Source of the DNA: Patescibacteria group bacterium
GTDB taxonomy: Bacteria; Patescibacteriota; Microgenomatia; UBA1400; PJMF01
Assembly (NCBI GenBank): GCA_040879165.1
Contig: JBBDKV010000027.1
Span: 18,283 to 63,792 of the forward strand
DNA: 45,510 bases
Reading direction: 5' to 3'
Under the pieces are notes generated by a model. It was not told where the DNA came from and did no database searches. It saw only the letters and a program-made list of their open reading frames with translations. The position numbers were made by a program, and so were the translations under genes. Every line of letters begins with the position of its first letter. Within the stretch, counting starts at the first letter, position 1. Shown piece after piece: positions 29,701 through 37,801 of this stretch.

Positions 29701-31360
29701 CCGTCAACATGCCGGTGCGCAACCTATTTCCGCCTTCACCCACCACAATCATTTTGCAATTTTCCAGGTGGTCTTGACTGCGAGCGAAGCCTTTGTATTC
29801 GTTGAGCAGCTGTCGAACGCGATAATCAGTACCAGGTACCTGCCGATTGAGTAACGAACAGTCATTAGGATCAAATAATTTGTTACACATTTCTTCTTGA
29901 GAGTAGAGGGTTTGTGCTGTTTGAGCACAGCGCTGGGTTTCGGAAAGGAGAGAATTGATGGGGGCTGACTTAATTTCTGCTCGGCTAAAACGGGTTTCCT
30001 CTAGCTCCTTAAAGCCAAAATATTCCTCAAGATCTGCCTTGAGGACGCGCTTGCGCTCGCTGTCGCGGAAAATTGGGGTTTCAGCGTTGGTGTAGTCAAT
30101 TACTTGGGTCGAAGTGATGGGGAGGCCGCCTTGGCCAATGAGTCGAGGTTGTAGGCCGGCGCGAATGTTGTCTAGATACTCTGGCAGCGCCCCGCTCATT
30201 TGTGGATTGACGGTGTAGGTGGGGGCTGCGCAATATGCTTGATAGCCTTGTCTGACTAGACTTTCGCGAATAACCCCATAGTCTTCTGCTCCAGGCTGAA
30301 GTCCGAGAATGGGGCTGATGTAGTAGTCTTCATCGCGAATGCCTATATCAGGCAGTCCAAGTTGATCTCGTACAGCAGGATTTGTTAAGTCTTGGTCGCT
30401 TGGTGGGCTAGAAGTGCTGTCCCAGGGTCCGGTTTCTGTAATGTATATTGGCAAGTCAAATAAAGATTCGATATTCTGGTCATTCCAAAAACCCTGAATT
30501 GATTGTCCTGCAGGATAAATATTTCCAGCAATACCATCGAGGCACCCGTCTGCCGCTGAAATGGGAGCATTTGCGTCTTTGAGTGCTTGTACTAAACCAG
30601 GAAAGGACGGAGAGGTCATATTAAAAGCTGGCGAGAGCAAGCGAACATTACTGGGAATTCTGCCATCTCTTTTGGCGTCACAGACAGTATTCATGTACGA
30701 TGCTAGCTTAGGCGCTACGCACTCAGCCCAGCCTGACCCACCGCTGTATGTTCCGCAATTACCTCCGCCAACAGGTCCGGTATCAAACGCCCAGGTTTCT
30801 GCATCAGGCTCATTGGGTCCGACGATAACATAGTAGGTCTTGCCCTGTGAGTCAATTTGATTGAGGAATGCGATCAAGCGATTTGGATCAGTGTTTTCTG
30901 CAGCATTACTCCCTGGTCCGCCGTCATACCCATTACTTCCAGCAGTACCAAAGCGCACAATGATTGAGAGTGGTTCAGCGATAGCCGCGCTTACCGCGCC
31001 GGGGTTACTGTATTCTGCAATTTCTAACGCCCACCCCATTCTTGCGTGACTGTGCGTTAGGTCATAACTGCCAGATTTGAAAAATGTCGCAAAGTTAGCA
31101 CCAAAATCCTCACATTGCACTTCAGGGCAAATTTCACGAAACTCATCTACCGTTAGTACGTGCTTTTGAAAATTAGGATCAGGGTTGTCACCCCAGATAT
31201 TAAAGAAGAGCACTGCTTGTGAGCGACTGCGCAGAAAATCAATGTCAGCTTTAAGATCAGGAAGCGAAGTCTGAGCGCTGGTCGGCTGAAGCAGCAGCAT
31301 ACTTGTGAACACACACAATACCAACGCCAACAGCCAAGGGCGAAAATTCCTCAAAGTCAT
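26705..31360 (-). CDS. Secreted 1551-aa protein: N-terminal clan GH-A-like glycoside hydrolase domain, Cys-rich middle, C-terminal lysozyme-like/SLT domain
   Basis: Signal peptide ending PTSAQ; IIVRF, VIVGPNEPD (acid/base), LLSPAF, GIAGNIY, PIYITETG (nucleophile); C-terminal SINAASAKHQCDPLLLLAIAHSE and AVGTFQF. Confidence 0.75.
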   Translation of the reverse strand: MTLRNFRPWLLALVLCVFTSMLLLQPTSAQTSLPDLKADIDFLRSRSQAVLFFNIWGDNPDPNFQKHVLTVDEFREICPEVQCEDFGANFATFFKSGSYDLTHSHARMGWALEIAEYSNPGAVSAAIAEPLSIIVRFGTAGSNGYDGGPGSNAAENTDPNRLIAFLNQIDSQGKTYYVIVGPNEPDAETWAFDTGPVGGGNCGTYSGGSGWAECVAPKLASYMNTVCDAKRDGRIPSNVRLLSPAFNMTSPSFPGLVQALKDANAPISAADGCLDGIAGNIYPAGQSIQGFWNDQNIESLFDLPIYITETGPWDSTSSPPSDQDLTNPAVRDQLGLPDIGIRDEDYYISPILGLQPGAEDYGVIRESLVRQGYQAYCAAPTYTVNPQMSGALPEYLDNIRAGLQPRLIGQGGLPITSTQVIDYTNAETPIFRDSERKRVLKADLEEYFGFKELEETRFSRAEIKSAPINSLLSETQRCAQTAQTLYSQEEMCNKLFDPNDCSLLNRQVPGTDYRVRQLLNEYKGFARSQDHLENCKMIVVGEGGNRLRTGMLTASMHLDRAYRIAFLVAAVAQRPIQTDHIFNFFSHSDQADPLHDVLLIAFKIPDIGTNKGSLWQDETATTAQGVPLSYQQVVRNEANRKQEQTESGHTYWDDPMTLSRNVLIPRKMAETYDLEGTQEREAMLGAVSGASGAGPLINCLRGTPPNGEGAPACNDHLGYAVVSMINGAAEQDPDRVNCSLITSEQVNEIGDPARFWAPGGPNQFQVQYGELILQQLWGVGQDGSPRDAVPFDTVFQINANPDTFPDKGCAPGEQGQAPGGDCTVLNFYLVYPMGYDLETLEAVLSQTFLTEQQHEAIADDPSIKDRFNVLNDDVGLDAGTVTHDFTDYLDCTIDPITGIRTCAEKSFELTNQSSQGPAQFFGARLGFWTHHVQLAFNRFDSLAHKYLRGCRTTEEFLLDQCGGPPRDTAFDQPAYCEGSKHRIYRDLTEQDTDRFVFFANRTRNLIGTSPDDVRDAETMSQEQGREIFFGEGGGGNSVGLRCSLKLTMRMIDGLTLIQTGGGSIVANNPGNQLGCTGTQTSARRLQLRKLPPDTTPPPDVNDPRWEDAPIMETVGSGAEVSFDLSMAPGYYWIYHNMGVNNICISNETYTMHHELGPDEPLHHNLGYVIDFTQAGCGDGACIDMNLQPAMEGGGTVYDENGNAVRSINRIDEWDGCPLVDSDGNPFTYVTQDYNNECGGGRAGDCSDEGGCGFWRDYINMLNDGGGDTQERKGYQLYLELVGRRLRGPGTSSHTMCTHSRTYSGGGRRTSIFANTINVKQCSNYSPNLDSLRLFGKVIGTPTEDNDFPYWNGTEPDFELPPRELWQSINAASAKHQCDPLLLLAIAHSENKEYHNIPIPNDAYAVGTFQFTTAIKDNTTGQLSDGSWQLWRKQNAEGLTRCLHQPPTFTDENRAGLDFSSPVNEPAAADSACRLALWTGMQKYYDDKEEFVRTFAIRGDNSYHQTWNRFQDGRDQGEYVWNLWRWLVDALETEPVPQPAGYPYPYDSTCLG

Positions 31361-31422
31361 ATGGATTATTATACTGGGAAATAAGGTGTGAGGCTACGCT
31401 GATTCTTTTTTGAAAAAATTGG

Positions 31423-31899
31423 TTAATTAAAACCTCTAGAGCCCCCTCCACCAGCATCTGAATCAGGGGCTGTGGGTGCTTGGGTTCCCTCCCCAGAAAC
31501 CCCTGAATCTGAGCCTGGAATAATAAACTCTGTCAAATCTAAGCCAGTAAAGCTTGACAATAAGTTGAGAATAATAAAGCCACTCAAAGCTACTACAATA
31601 CCAATGATCGCGAATGTGATGGTATTACGAGCAGTTTCAGCCCCCTTTGGATTACTGCCAGATAACATCCAGCGAAATGCACCAATAATGAGCATGATAA
31701 AAGCCGCTAGGCCAATAATTGCGAGAATGACACTTAAAAAGTTGCCCAGCAGGCACTCAAGACCTTGTAGGGTAGCTACATTTTCTTGATAGACACATTC
31801 GCCTCCCCACTCGGCTGTTTGTGCTGAGGCAGAAACAGGCGTAAATAAGCTAAAAGCAACAAGCATCAATAATGAAAGGAGGCGAGCTAGTTTTTTCAT
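31423..31899 (-). CDS. VirB2/TrbC-like T4SS pilin (array member 1)
   Basis: Signal peptide ending SASAQ; TM-GAFRWMLSGSNPKGAETARNTITFAIIG-TM. Confidence 0.85.
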   Translation of the reverse strand: MKKLARLLSLLMLVAFSLFTPVSASAQTAEWGGECVYQENVATLQGLECLLGNFLSVILAIIGLAAFIMLIIGAFRWMLSGSNPKGAETARNTITFAIIGIVVALSGFIILNLLSSFTGLDLTEFIIPGSDSGVSGEGTQAPTAPDSDAGGGGSRGFN

Positions 31900-31975
31900 G
31901 TAGCATTATCTTATCATGTCTACGTCGGTGGAAGTCAGTGTAAGCTGCTTGCCTAGACACTGAGATTTAGGTGCG

Positions 31976-32524
31976 TCAAGAATTTTCAACATTTATTCGG
32001 CGCACATTGGTCAGCGCGTCATTAATTGATTCAAATCCTAAAATGTATGCTACAAATTGAGTAACAGCATATGCTGCGCTCACGATCAGCACACCGACAA
32101 AAGCATTAATAATTCGTTGGCGCGCGCTTTCGGTTTTTGACGAATCTCCACCGGAGGTAATCCATTCAAATCCAGCGGTAATAAATTGAAAAAACGCAAG
32201 TAATAGTACAATAACCATTACAGCTGACAGTAGCCAATTAATATATTGAGTTAGACTAGACGCAAAACCTTGTGGTGGAGTATTGGCAATACCTGAAAGG
32301 CTAGCACTTCTAGTAGTAGAGATTGTATCCTGATTAGCTGAGGCTAGTTCGTTAGTTGGTGAAGTATCGTCTTGTCCCTGCATTCCAATTTGGACTTGGT
32401 CTCCTGTGCGCTGTACTTCTTGAGACTGTTGATCTAGAGGTAGGCTTTTTTGAGCAGATACAGTAAAGACAAAAGAATGCGAAGCGAAAATGAAAAAAAC
32501 AAACACCAACAATAATCTACTCAT
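31976..32524 (-). CDS. VirB2/TrbC-like T4SS pilin (array member 2)
   Basis: Signal peptide ending VSAQ; AGFEWITSGGDSSKTESARQRIINAFVG. Confidence 0.85.
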   Translation of the reverse strand: MSRLLLVFVFFIFASHSFVFTVSAQKSLPLDQQSQEVQRTGDQVQIGMQGQDDTSPTNELASANQDTISTTRSASLSGIANTPPQGFASSLTQYINWLLSAVMVIVLLLAFFQFITAGFEWITSGGDSSKTESARQRIINAFVGVLIVSAAYAVTQFVAYILGFESINDALTNVRRINVENS

Positions 32525-32605
32525 AGTAAATTATTATAACACGTTAAGAACCATTAAATGACGAATCACTCAGCTTCAACCGTTTGGTCCAGTTCTACCT
32601 GAGCC

Positions 32606-32998
32606 TTAACCGCCAATTCTACCGATGCCATCAATTGCTTCTTGTAGACCTCCAAAGCCGAGAATGTATGCAACGAACTGGACTAGGGCATAAGCAGCTG
32701 CGAGAATAATAATTCCAACTACAGCAGCAGTAATTTTGTTTCGAGCTTCTTCAGTTTTACTTTTATCGCCACCAGAAGTAATCCACTGAATACCACCCCA
32801 AATAAGATAAAAGAATACGAGTAGTAGGGCAACCACCATGATGAAATTAAGAGCAAAGGTGATAATTCCACCTATGTCCTCTGCCCAACCAGTACCTACC
32901 TCTACAGTGCCGACTTGGGCAGCCACTGGAGTTGCAAGAGTTGCAAGCATGCCAGTTAGGGCAATTGAAGTTTTAGAAAAAAGTGAGATTTTGTTCAT
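32606..32998 (-). CDS. VirB2/TrbC-like T4SS pilin, probable major pilin copy A (130 aa)
   Basis: Signal peptide ending PVAAQ; WGGIQWITSGGDKSKTEEARNKITAAVVG. Confidence 0.9.
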   Translation of the reverse strand: MNKISLFSKTSIALTGMLATLATPVAAQVGTVEVGTGWAEDIGGIITFALNFIMVVALLLVFFYLIWGGIQWITSGGDKSKTEEARNKITAAVVGIIILAAAYALVQFVAYILGFGGLQEAIDGIGRIGG

Positions 32999-33488
32999 AT
33001 AGTCCTGTATTTTACCGTATATTTATGCCTAATCACTCAGCCTTAAGTGCCTCGTCCAGCTGTGCCCGAACCTGGACCGCCACCACTAATTCTACCGATG
33101 CCATCAATTGCTTCTTGTAGACCTCCAAAGCCGAGAATGTATGCAACGAACTGGACTAGGGCATAAGCAGCTGCGAGAATAATAATTCCAACTACAGCAG
33201 CAGTAATTTTGTTTCGAGCTTCTTCAGTTTTACTTTTATCGCCACCAGAAGTAATCCACTGAATACCACCCCAAATAAGATAAAAGAATACGAGTAGTAG
33301 GGCAACCACCATGATGAAATTAAGAGCAAAGGTGATAATTCCACCTATGTCCTCTGCCCAACCAGTACCTACCTCTACAGTGCCGACTTGGGCAGCCACT
33401 GGAGTTGCAAGAGTTGCAAGCATGCCAGTTAGGGCAATTGAAGTTTTAGAAAAAAGTGAGATTTTGTTCATATAGTCCTGTATTTTAC
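32615..33488. repeat. 401-bp direct repeat (32615-33015 and 33088-33488) covering both major-pilin copies and their -10/leader
   Basis: No mismatch found on base-by-base reading. Confidence 0.95.
33043..33471 (-). CDS. VirB2/TrbC-like T4SS pilin, probable major pilin copy B (142 aa, Gly-rich tail)
   Basis: Start reassigned to 33471 (MNKISLF) by identity with copy A; tail SGGGPGSGTAGRGT. Confidence 0.9.
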   Translation of the reverse strand: MNKISLFSKTSIALTGMLATLATPVAAQVGTVEVGTGWAEDIGGIITFALNFIMVVALLLVFFYLIWGGIQWITSGGDKSKTEEARNKITAAVVGIIILAAAYALVQFVAYILGFGGLQEAIDGIGRISGGGPGSGTAGRGT

Positions 33489-33510
33489 TCTGTTCTGCAA
33501 AGCTATGCAA
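33482..33510 (-). promoter_or_regulatory. Sigma70-type promoter of the major pilin pair
   Basis: TTGCAT (33510-33505), 17-nt spacer, TAAAAT (33487-33482), 10 nt before ATG. Confidence 0.65.
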
Positions 33511-33613
33511 ATTTTTCTTGACTTTAATCATAGTAGCATTATTTTTTTAGCTTTTGCAAGTGGAAAATACTTCATATTAGCTTGAATCATACCTCTGTAT
33601 TAAAACGCATCAA

Positions 33614-34042
33614 TTACGTTGAGAATAACGGAATGGTAGTAGGCTCTGGTTGATCAGGTGGGGCAGTTGTGTTAGTTTGCTCTCTTTGCGAAAAGTTGCC
33701 AAACTCTAATATCTCCACCCCAAGTATGTACTGCACAAACAGTATTAGTGCGGTGACTGAGGCAAGGATAATCATTCCAATTATGGCATGCAACATTCTA
33801 TTGCGGGCATTTTGCAATTTGCTACTATCTCCCGCTGATGTTATCCACTCAAATGCTCCCCAAATTAGATACAGGAGAAGGACGAGAAATGAGACAGTCA
33901 TTAGTATTGACATTAGGTTACCAAGCCAGCTGCCAAACGACGCGCCAAAATCGGTGGTGGTGCTTGAGCCCTGAAGCGTATCTCCCTGACCTTGAAAGTC
34001 TAGAACGCGGTCTGTTTGCGCTAATTGTTGTATTTTTTGCAT
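33614..34042 (-). CDS. VirB2/TrbC-like T4SS pilin (array member 5)
   Basis: WGAFEWITSAGDSSKLQNARNRMLHAIIG; short leader MQKIQQLAQ. Confidence 0.85.
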   Translation of the reverse strand: MQKIQQLAQTDRVLDFQGQGDTLQGSSTTTDFGASFGSWLGNLMSILMTVSFLVLLLYLIWGAFEWITSAGDSSKLQNARNRMLHAIIGMIILASVTALILFVQYILGVEILEFGNFSQREQTNTTAPPDQPEPTTIPLFST

Positions 34043-34048
34043 AGTTGT

Positions 34049-34408
34049 TTAGTCCACTGTTCTGAGGACTGGTTGTAAGATATTAAACTCATCGCCAAAG
34101 AATAAGTAACTGATAAATCCGATCAGCGTATAGGCTGAAACGAGAAGTAATAATCCGATAAAGGCATGAAACATCCGGTTGCGCGCCGATTGCAGTTTGC
34201 CACTATCTCCAGCAGACGTAATCCACTCAACGGCTCCCCAGAGGAAGTAAGCAAGGACAAGTAACGCCCCCACGGTAATGATAGTGTTCCAAATCATTAC
34301 AAAATAATTGGTAAAAAGCGTGCCTTCTTGGGCTCCAGTAGTATCGCTGCCAAAATCGCCCGTAACGGGGTTCGTAAGTTGCGCTAGTAGTTGGGGTTGT
34401 GTTTGCAT
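34049..34408 (-). CDS. VirB2/TrbC-like T4SS pilin (array member 6)
   Basis: Start reassigned to 34408 (MQTQPQLLAQ); WGAVEWITSAGDSGKLQSARNRMFHAFIG. Confidence 0.85.
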   Translation of the reverse strand: MQTQPQLLAQLTNPVTGDFGSDTTGAQEGTLFTNYFVMIWNTIITVGALLVLAYFLWGAVEWITSAGDSGKLQSARNRMFHAFIGLLLLVSAYTLIGFISYLFFGDEFNILQPVLRTVD

Positions 34409-34451
34409 TTTTTTAATTCCTAGATCAAAGCTCTCCGGTTCTGGCTCCTGC

Positions 34452-34823
34452 TTACGGACCAACAATGGTTCGTAGCATGTCGGCTGGATTAAGAATTTCA
34501 AGGCCCAGCACAGCACCGACCAAGCCAACTATGCCGTATGCAGCAACGACAACAATCATGCCAATGGTGCTTTGAATAATACGATCCCGAGCAGATTGAA
34601 TTTTGCCAGAATCACCGCCAGCGGTGACCCAGCTGACTGCAGCGATTAAAAAGTTGAATATAAAATAGACGGCCGCTATTACTGTTAACAATCCAATAAT
34701 GGTGGAAAGAAAATTTTCCATATTGCTCAACACACCATCTGTGTCGGTGTTGTCACTCCATTGCTGGGTGGGAGGCTCAAATGATCCGAGATTGGCTAGT
34801 GGTGTGGGAATTAGGGATGGCAT
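34452..34823 (-). CDS. VirB2/TrbC-like T4SS pilin (array member 7)
   Basis: AAVSWVTAGGDSGKIQSARDRIIQSTIG. Confidence 0.85.
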   Translation of the reverse strand: MPSLIPTPLANLGSFEPPTQQWSDNTDTDGVLSNMENFLSTIIGLLTVIAAVYFIFNFLIAAVSWVTAGGDSGKIQSARDRIIQSTIGMIVVVAAYGIVGLVGAVLGLEILNPADMLRTIVGP

Positions 34824-34861
34824 AGGTGTATTATAGTATGTTTTTTGTGTTGTGACGAATG

Positions 34862-35449
34862 TTAGACAGCTCCAGACAGTGTTGGGCGTAGAATAAAGGT
34901 TGGATCACCAAAAATAATCCAGCCAATCAAGCCCGCCAGAATGTACGCACTGGCAATAATTGTTACACCAATTACAGAAGTTGTTAAAAGTTCTCTGACT
35001 TTTTCGTAGGTGCCGGTGTCACCTGCTGAAGAGATAAACATATATGCTGCCCTGAGAATGTTAAACATTACCCAAATTCCCGCAATGATGGTAAAAAGTG
35101 TGAGGAGGTTAGAGATGAAGAGGACGATGCCGATGCCGTCACCTGTTCCGTCTGTTCTGACATTAAATAAATTAACAGAGCTTGGTCTACGCACTCCTCC
35201 TAAAACAGAACTACCAACGGAGCCTGGACCGCAACGATTTGTACTTTGTTGTAAAGTGGCCACTCCTCCAGATTGATGCTCTACAAGTCGGCAAATATAT
35301 CCTTGTGAATTACACTCACCATGAGCTACTCCCTGACATTCTGGTGCGACTACATGTTGAGTTTCTTGCGCTTGTATACTTGTTTCAAAAATGAAGCATG
35401 ATAACAAGAAGACCAGCAAAGTTTTAGAAATTATTAGTGCAATTTTCAT
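34862..35449 (-). CDS. VirB2/TrbC-like T4SS pilin with small four-Cys N-terminal module (array member 8)
   Basis: Signal peptide ending SIQAQ; AAYMFISSAGDTGTYEKVRELLTTSVIG. Confidence 0.8.
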   Translation of the reverse strand: MKIALIISKTLLVFLLSCFIFETSIQAQETQHVVAPECQGVAHGECNSQGYICRLVEHQSGGVATLQQSTNRCGPGSVGSSVLGGVRRPSSVNLFNVRTDGTGDGIGIVLFISNLLTLFTIIAGIWVMFNILRAAYMFISSAGDTGTYEKVRELLTTSVIGVTIIASAYILAGLIGWIIFGDPTFILRPTLSGAV

Positions 35450-35859
35450 AATCTCGGACTCAAAATAAACGCCGGATCACCAAAGAAGATGTAGCTGATC
35501 AAGCCAGTAATAGTGTACGCCATCACAATCAGAACCAAGCCAATCACGCTTTGAGTGATATTTTGGCGAACTTTCTCATGGGTGCCTGCATCACCGCTTG
35601 AGGCAACGTAAGTCATGCCAGCAATAATAAAGTTAAATAATACATAAATCCCCATGATGACAGTAAAAATAGAAATCATATTTGAGATGAAAAAAATAAG
35701 GGCAATGCTATCTGGGTCGCCAGATCTATTTTGATATTCTTCTACTCCTGGAGGTGTTTCAATTGTGCCGATCGCTTCCATAGGGGTAGCTGCCTGAGCA
35801 ACCGACAGCGTTGCAGCGAACCCAAGTCCAATTAAAAGTGAAATGAATGTTTTTTTCAT
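35446..35859 (-). CDS. VirB2/TrbC-like T4SS pilin (array member 9)
   Basis: Signal peptide ending VAQA; AGMTYVASSGDAGTHEKVRQNITQSVIG. Confidence 0.8.
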   Translation of the reverse strand: MKKTFISLLIGLGFAATLSVAQAATPMEAIGTIETPPGVEEYQNRSGDPDSIALIFFISNMISIFTVIMGIYVLFNFIIAGMTYVASSGDAGTHEKVRQNITQSVIGLVLIVMAYTITGLISYIFFGDPAFILSPRL

Positions 35860-35865
35860 AAATCT

Positions 35866-36240
35866 TTAAATCGGAATATCAACTCCGGTTACCACTTGAA
35901 CTATTTGTACAATCCAGTATGCACAAAACATCACCACAGCACCAGCCACGGCTGTAGTAATAATTTTTTTAGCTTCTTCTTTGCCTTGAGAACCAGATTG
36001 AATAAACTTAAATCCAGCGTAAAAAATCAGGAGAAAGAGAATGACGCCACCAATGACAAAAATATTTTGAACAATGAGATTGACCAAAAATGCGGGCGAT
36101 GTGTAAACGGCACTGACGGGAGTATTGTCTGAAAGACAGAGCACATCCCCAAGATTTACACCACCACCACCAAGCTCATCAGCTCCGACGCAGGTTTCCT
36201 GAGCATATGCTTTTGGCACCAAAATATCCATGATAGACAT
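35866..36240 (-). CDS. VirB2/TrbC-like T4SS pilin (array member 10)
   Basis: Start reassigned to 36240 (MSIMDILVPKAYAQ); YAGFKFIQSGSQGKEEAKKIITTAVAG. Confidence 0.8.
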   Translation of the reverse strand: MSIMDILVPKAYAQETCVGADELGGGGVNLGDVLCLSDNTPVSAVYTSPAFLVNLIVQNIFVIGGVILFLLIFYAGFKFIQSGSQGKEEAKKIITTAVAGAVVMFCAYWIVQIVQVVTGVDIPI

Positions 36241-36284
36241 GTTCGTATTATACGCATCTTGGGGCGTGCTGTACAATTGCCAGT
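36241..36284. promoter_or_regulatory. Back-to-back -10 elements for the pilin array (minus) and the ECF sigma operon (plus)
   Basis: TATAAT on minus (36252-36247) 6 nt before ATG 36240; TACAAT on plus (36272-36277) 7 nt before ATG 36285. Confidence 0.65.
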
Positions 36285-36866
36285 ATGTCTGTTTTGAAAC
36301 AAAAACGTGCAAGCGCCCAACAGCAAAAAGAAGATCGACAAATTTTAAGCCTGCTTCGCCTGGGTGATCCCGATGCGGTAGCGTATTGGCTGCAGCATTA
36401 CGAGCAGTGGCTGGAGCGATTTGTAGCTACAAAAGTTTCAGAAAAATCAGATGTCCAAGAATTGGTTCAAGATATTTTTATGAGTTGTTTGCAGCATTTG
36501 CCTTTGTACCGGGGAGACGCCGCTATTCGGACATGGATGATCTCGGTAGCTCGTCATGAAATTGCAGATTATTATCGAAAAAAATACGCCAAAAAAGCGC
36601 TGAAATTACTACCTTTGTCCGAGTTGTTGTTGTCTGCTAAAGTGAACGATGCACACGATGTGGCTGAACAAGTTGGGGCGGTGTTGAGTCGAATGTCAAC
36701 GCGTTCAAGGGAGTTGCTGATGCAAAAATACGTTGACGGTAAGGCTGTGGCGACAATTGCTCAGGAACAAGACTCTAAAGAAAAGGCAGTCGAAGCAAGA
36801 TTGTATCGCGCCAGAAATGAATTTCGCGAGCAGTATTCACTAGTGCTGGATTTGGAAGAGCTGTAA
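36285..36866 (+). CDS. ECF-type (sigma70 group 4) RNA polymerase sigma factor
   Basis: Region 2 DVQELVQDIF...RTWMISVARHEIADYYRK; region 4 RELLMQKYVDGKAVATIA...VEARLYRAR. Confidence 0.92.
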   Translation: MSVLKQKRASAQQQKEDRQILSLLRLGDPDAVAYWLQHYEQWLERFVATKVSEKSDVQELVQDIFMSCLQHLPLYRGDAAIRTWMISVARHEIADYYRKKYAKKALKLLPLSELLLSAKVNDAHDVAEQVGAVLSRMSTRSRELLMQKYVDGKAVATIAQEQDSKEKAVEARLYRARNEFREQYSLVLDLEEL

Positions 36867-36927
36867 CGAAGCCGTAGTAGCGAAGTCGCAGTAGAGTAGG
36901 ATTGTATGGTGGGAGGTTAGACTCCGT

Positions 36928-37137
36928 ATGTCAAAACAAGTTTCAAAAGAGACAGACAAAGCGCTTTTTTTAGCTAAGCTGCAGACTGAGGCGGCGTTGC
37001 AGGCACGACTGGAAACACAGCGATTGCTTCCAAGTAGTCTAGATACCATTACTTCATATATTGGGCGCTATGCTTGGCAGATATTGTTAGTTACATCGGG
37101 GTTGGTTTCACTAGGGATCGAACTATGGCAGAAATAA
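36928..37137 (+). CDS. Small membrane protein (69 aa, C-terminal TM helix)
   Basis: ORF after the ECF sigma; stop overlaps the next start (TAATG). Confidence 0.65.
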   Translation: MSKQVSKETDKALFLAKLQTEAALQARLETQRLLPSSLDTITSYIGRYAWQILLVTSGLVSLGIELWQK

Positions 37138-37526
37138 TGGCCAATCCTTCTGGTTCTCAGCGTGTGTTTGCTCAGCAGTTACCAAGAGGAGTGCAGTTTT
37201 TTGCGTCGGTAGTCTATGCGTTGGGACAAATTACGTTAGGATTGCTACTACATCCGTATCAGACAATGCAATCCCTGGTCAGAGATCGAGTGTTTATCTG
37301 GATGGCGTTTTTACCAACGGTGGTTTTTGTACTTGCGAAGATACTTTGGATTTTTTTGATAGTGCCGTTGGTACAATTTGTGTTTTCTTGTCAAGCTGTG
37401 ACTTTTTGGGGCTGTGAGTTGATTCCATTTTTCGCTAATTGGTTGGTATTGTTTTGTCTGTTTTGGCAGATCTTGCTTGGCTATTTGTTATTGAGATTTT
37501 GGTTGGTGTTTGGGCAGGGATTTTAG
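37137..37526 (+). CDS. Small polytopic membrane protein (129 aa)
   Basis: Start reassigned to the TAATG overlap at 37137; LLLHPYQTMQSLVRDR plus about three hydrophobic helices. Confidence 0.7.
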   Translation: MANPSGSQRVFAQQLPRGVQFFASVVYALGQITLGLLLHPYQTMQSLVRDRVFIWMAFLPTVVFVLAKILWIFLIVPLVQFVFSCQAVTFWGCELIPFFANWLVLFCLFWQILLGYLLLRFWLVFGQGF

Positions 37527-37579
37527 CTGGAGAATGGTGATTCCGAGTGATTTAGGTGGGTTTTTGCGACTAATAGAGT

Positions 37580-37801
37580 ATGAATGCAATTTCAGCTTGG
37601 AGAGAGAGGGGGCATTTGTTACGGCTTGAGCCTCGCAAAGAATTCCCAGCAGTGTTCTCAGAAGAATGGTATCAACAACTACGTGGTGTGAGTGAGCAAA
37701 TTGTAGCTCCTCAACCCACTGCTGATAGCCATGTTTTCATTTTGTTAGCAAAAGAATTAACAGGAGTAGAGGAATCAACAAGATCAGATGCTGCAGACTA
37801 A
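37580..37801 (+). CDS. Hypothetical protein (73 aa)
   Basis: ATG-initiated ORF filling the gap and overlapping the idi start by 14 nt. Confidence 0.5.
   Translation: MNAISAWRERGHLLRLEPRKEFPAVFSEEWYQQLRGVSEQIVAPQPTADSHVFILLAKELTGVEESTRSDAAD

Noticed and set aside
32615-33488. Diversity-generating retroelement TR/VR pair or IS-related repeat
   Set aside because: The copies are identical rather than differing at adenines, and no reverse transcriptase or transposase is present in the window.
31423-36240. Type IV (PilA-type) pilins
   Set aside because: No G|FTLxE class III signal peptide; the two-TM hairpin with a WxxSxGD loop fits VirB2/TrbC-type pilins.
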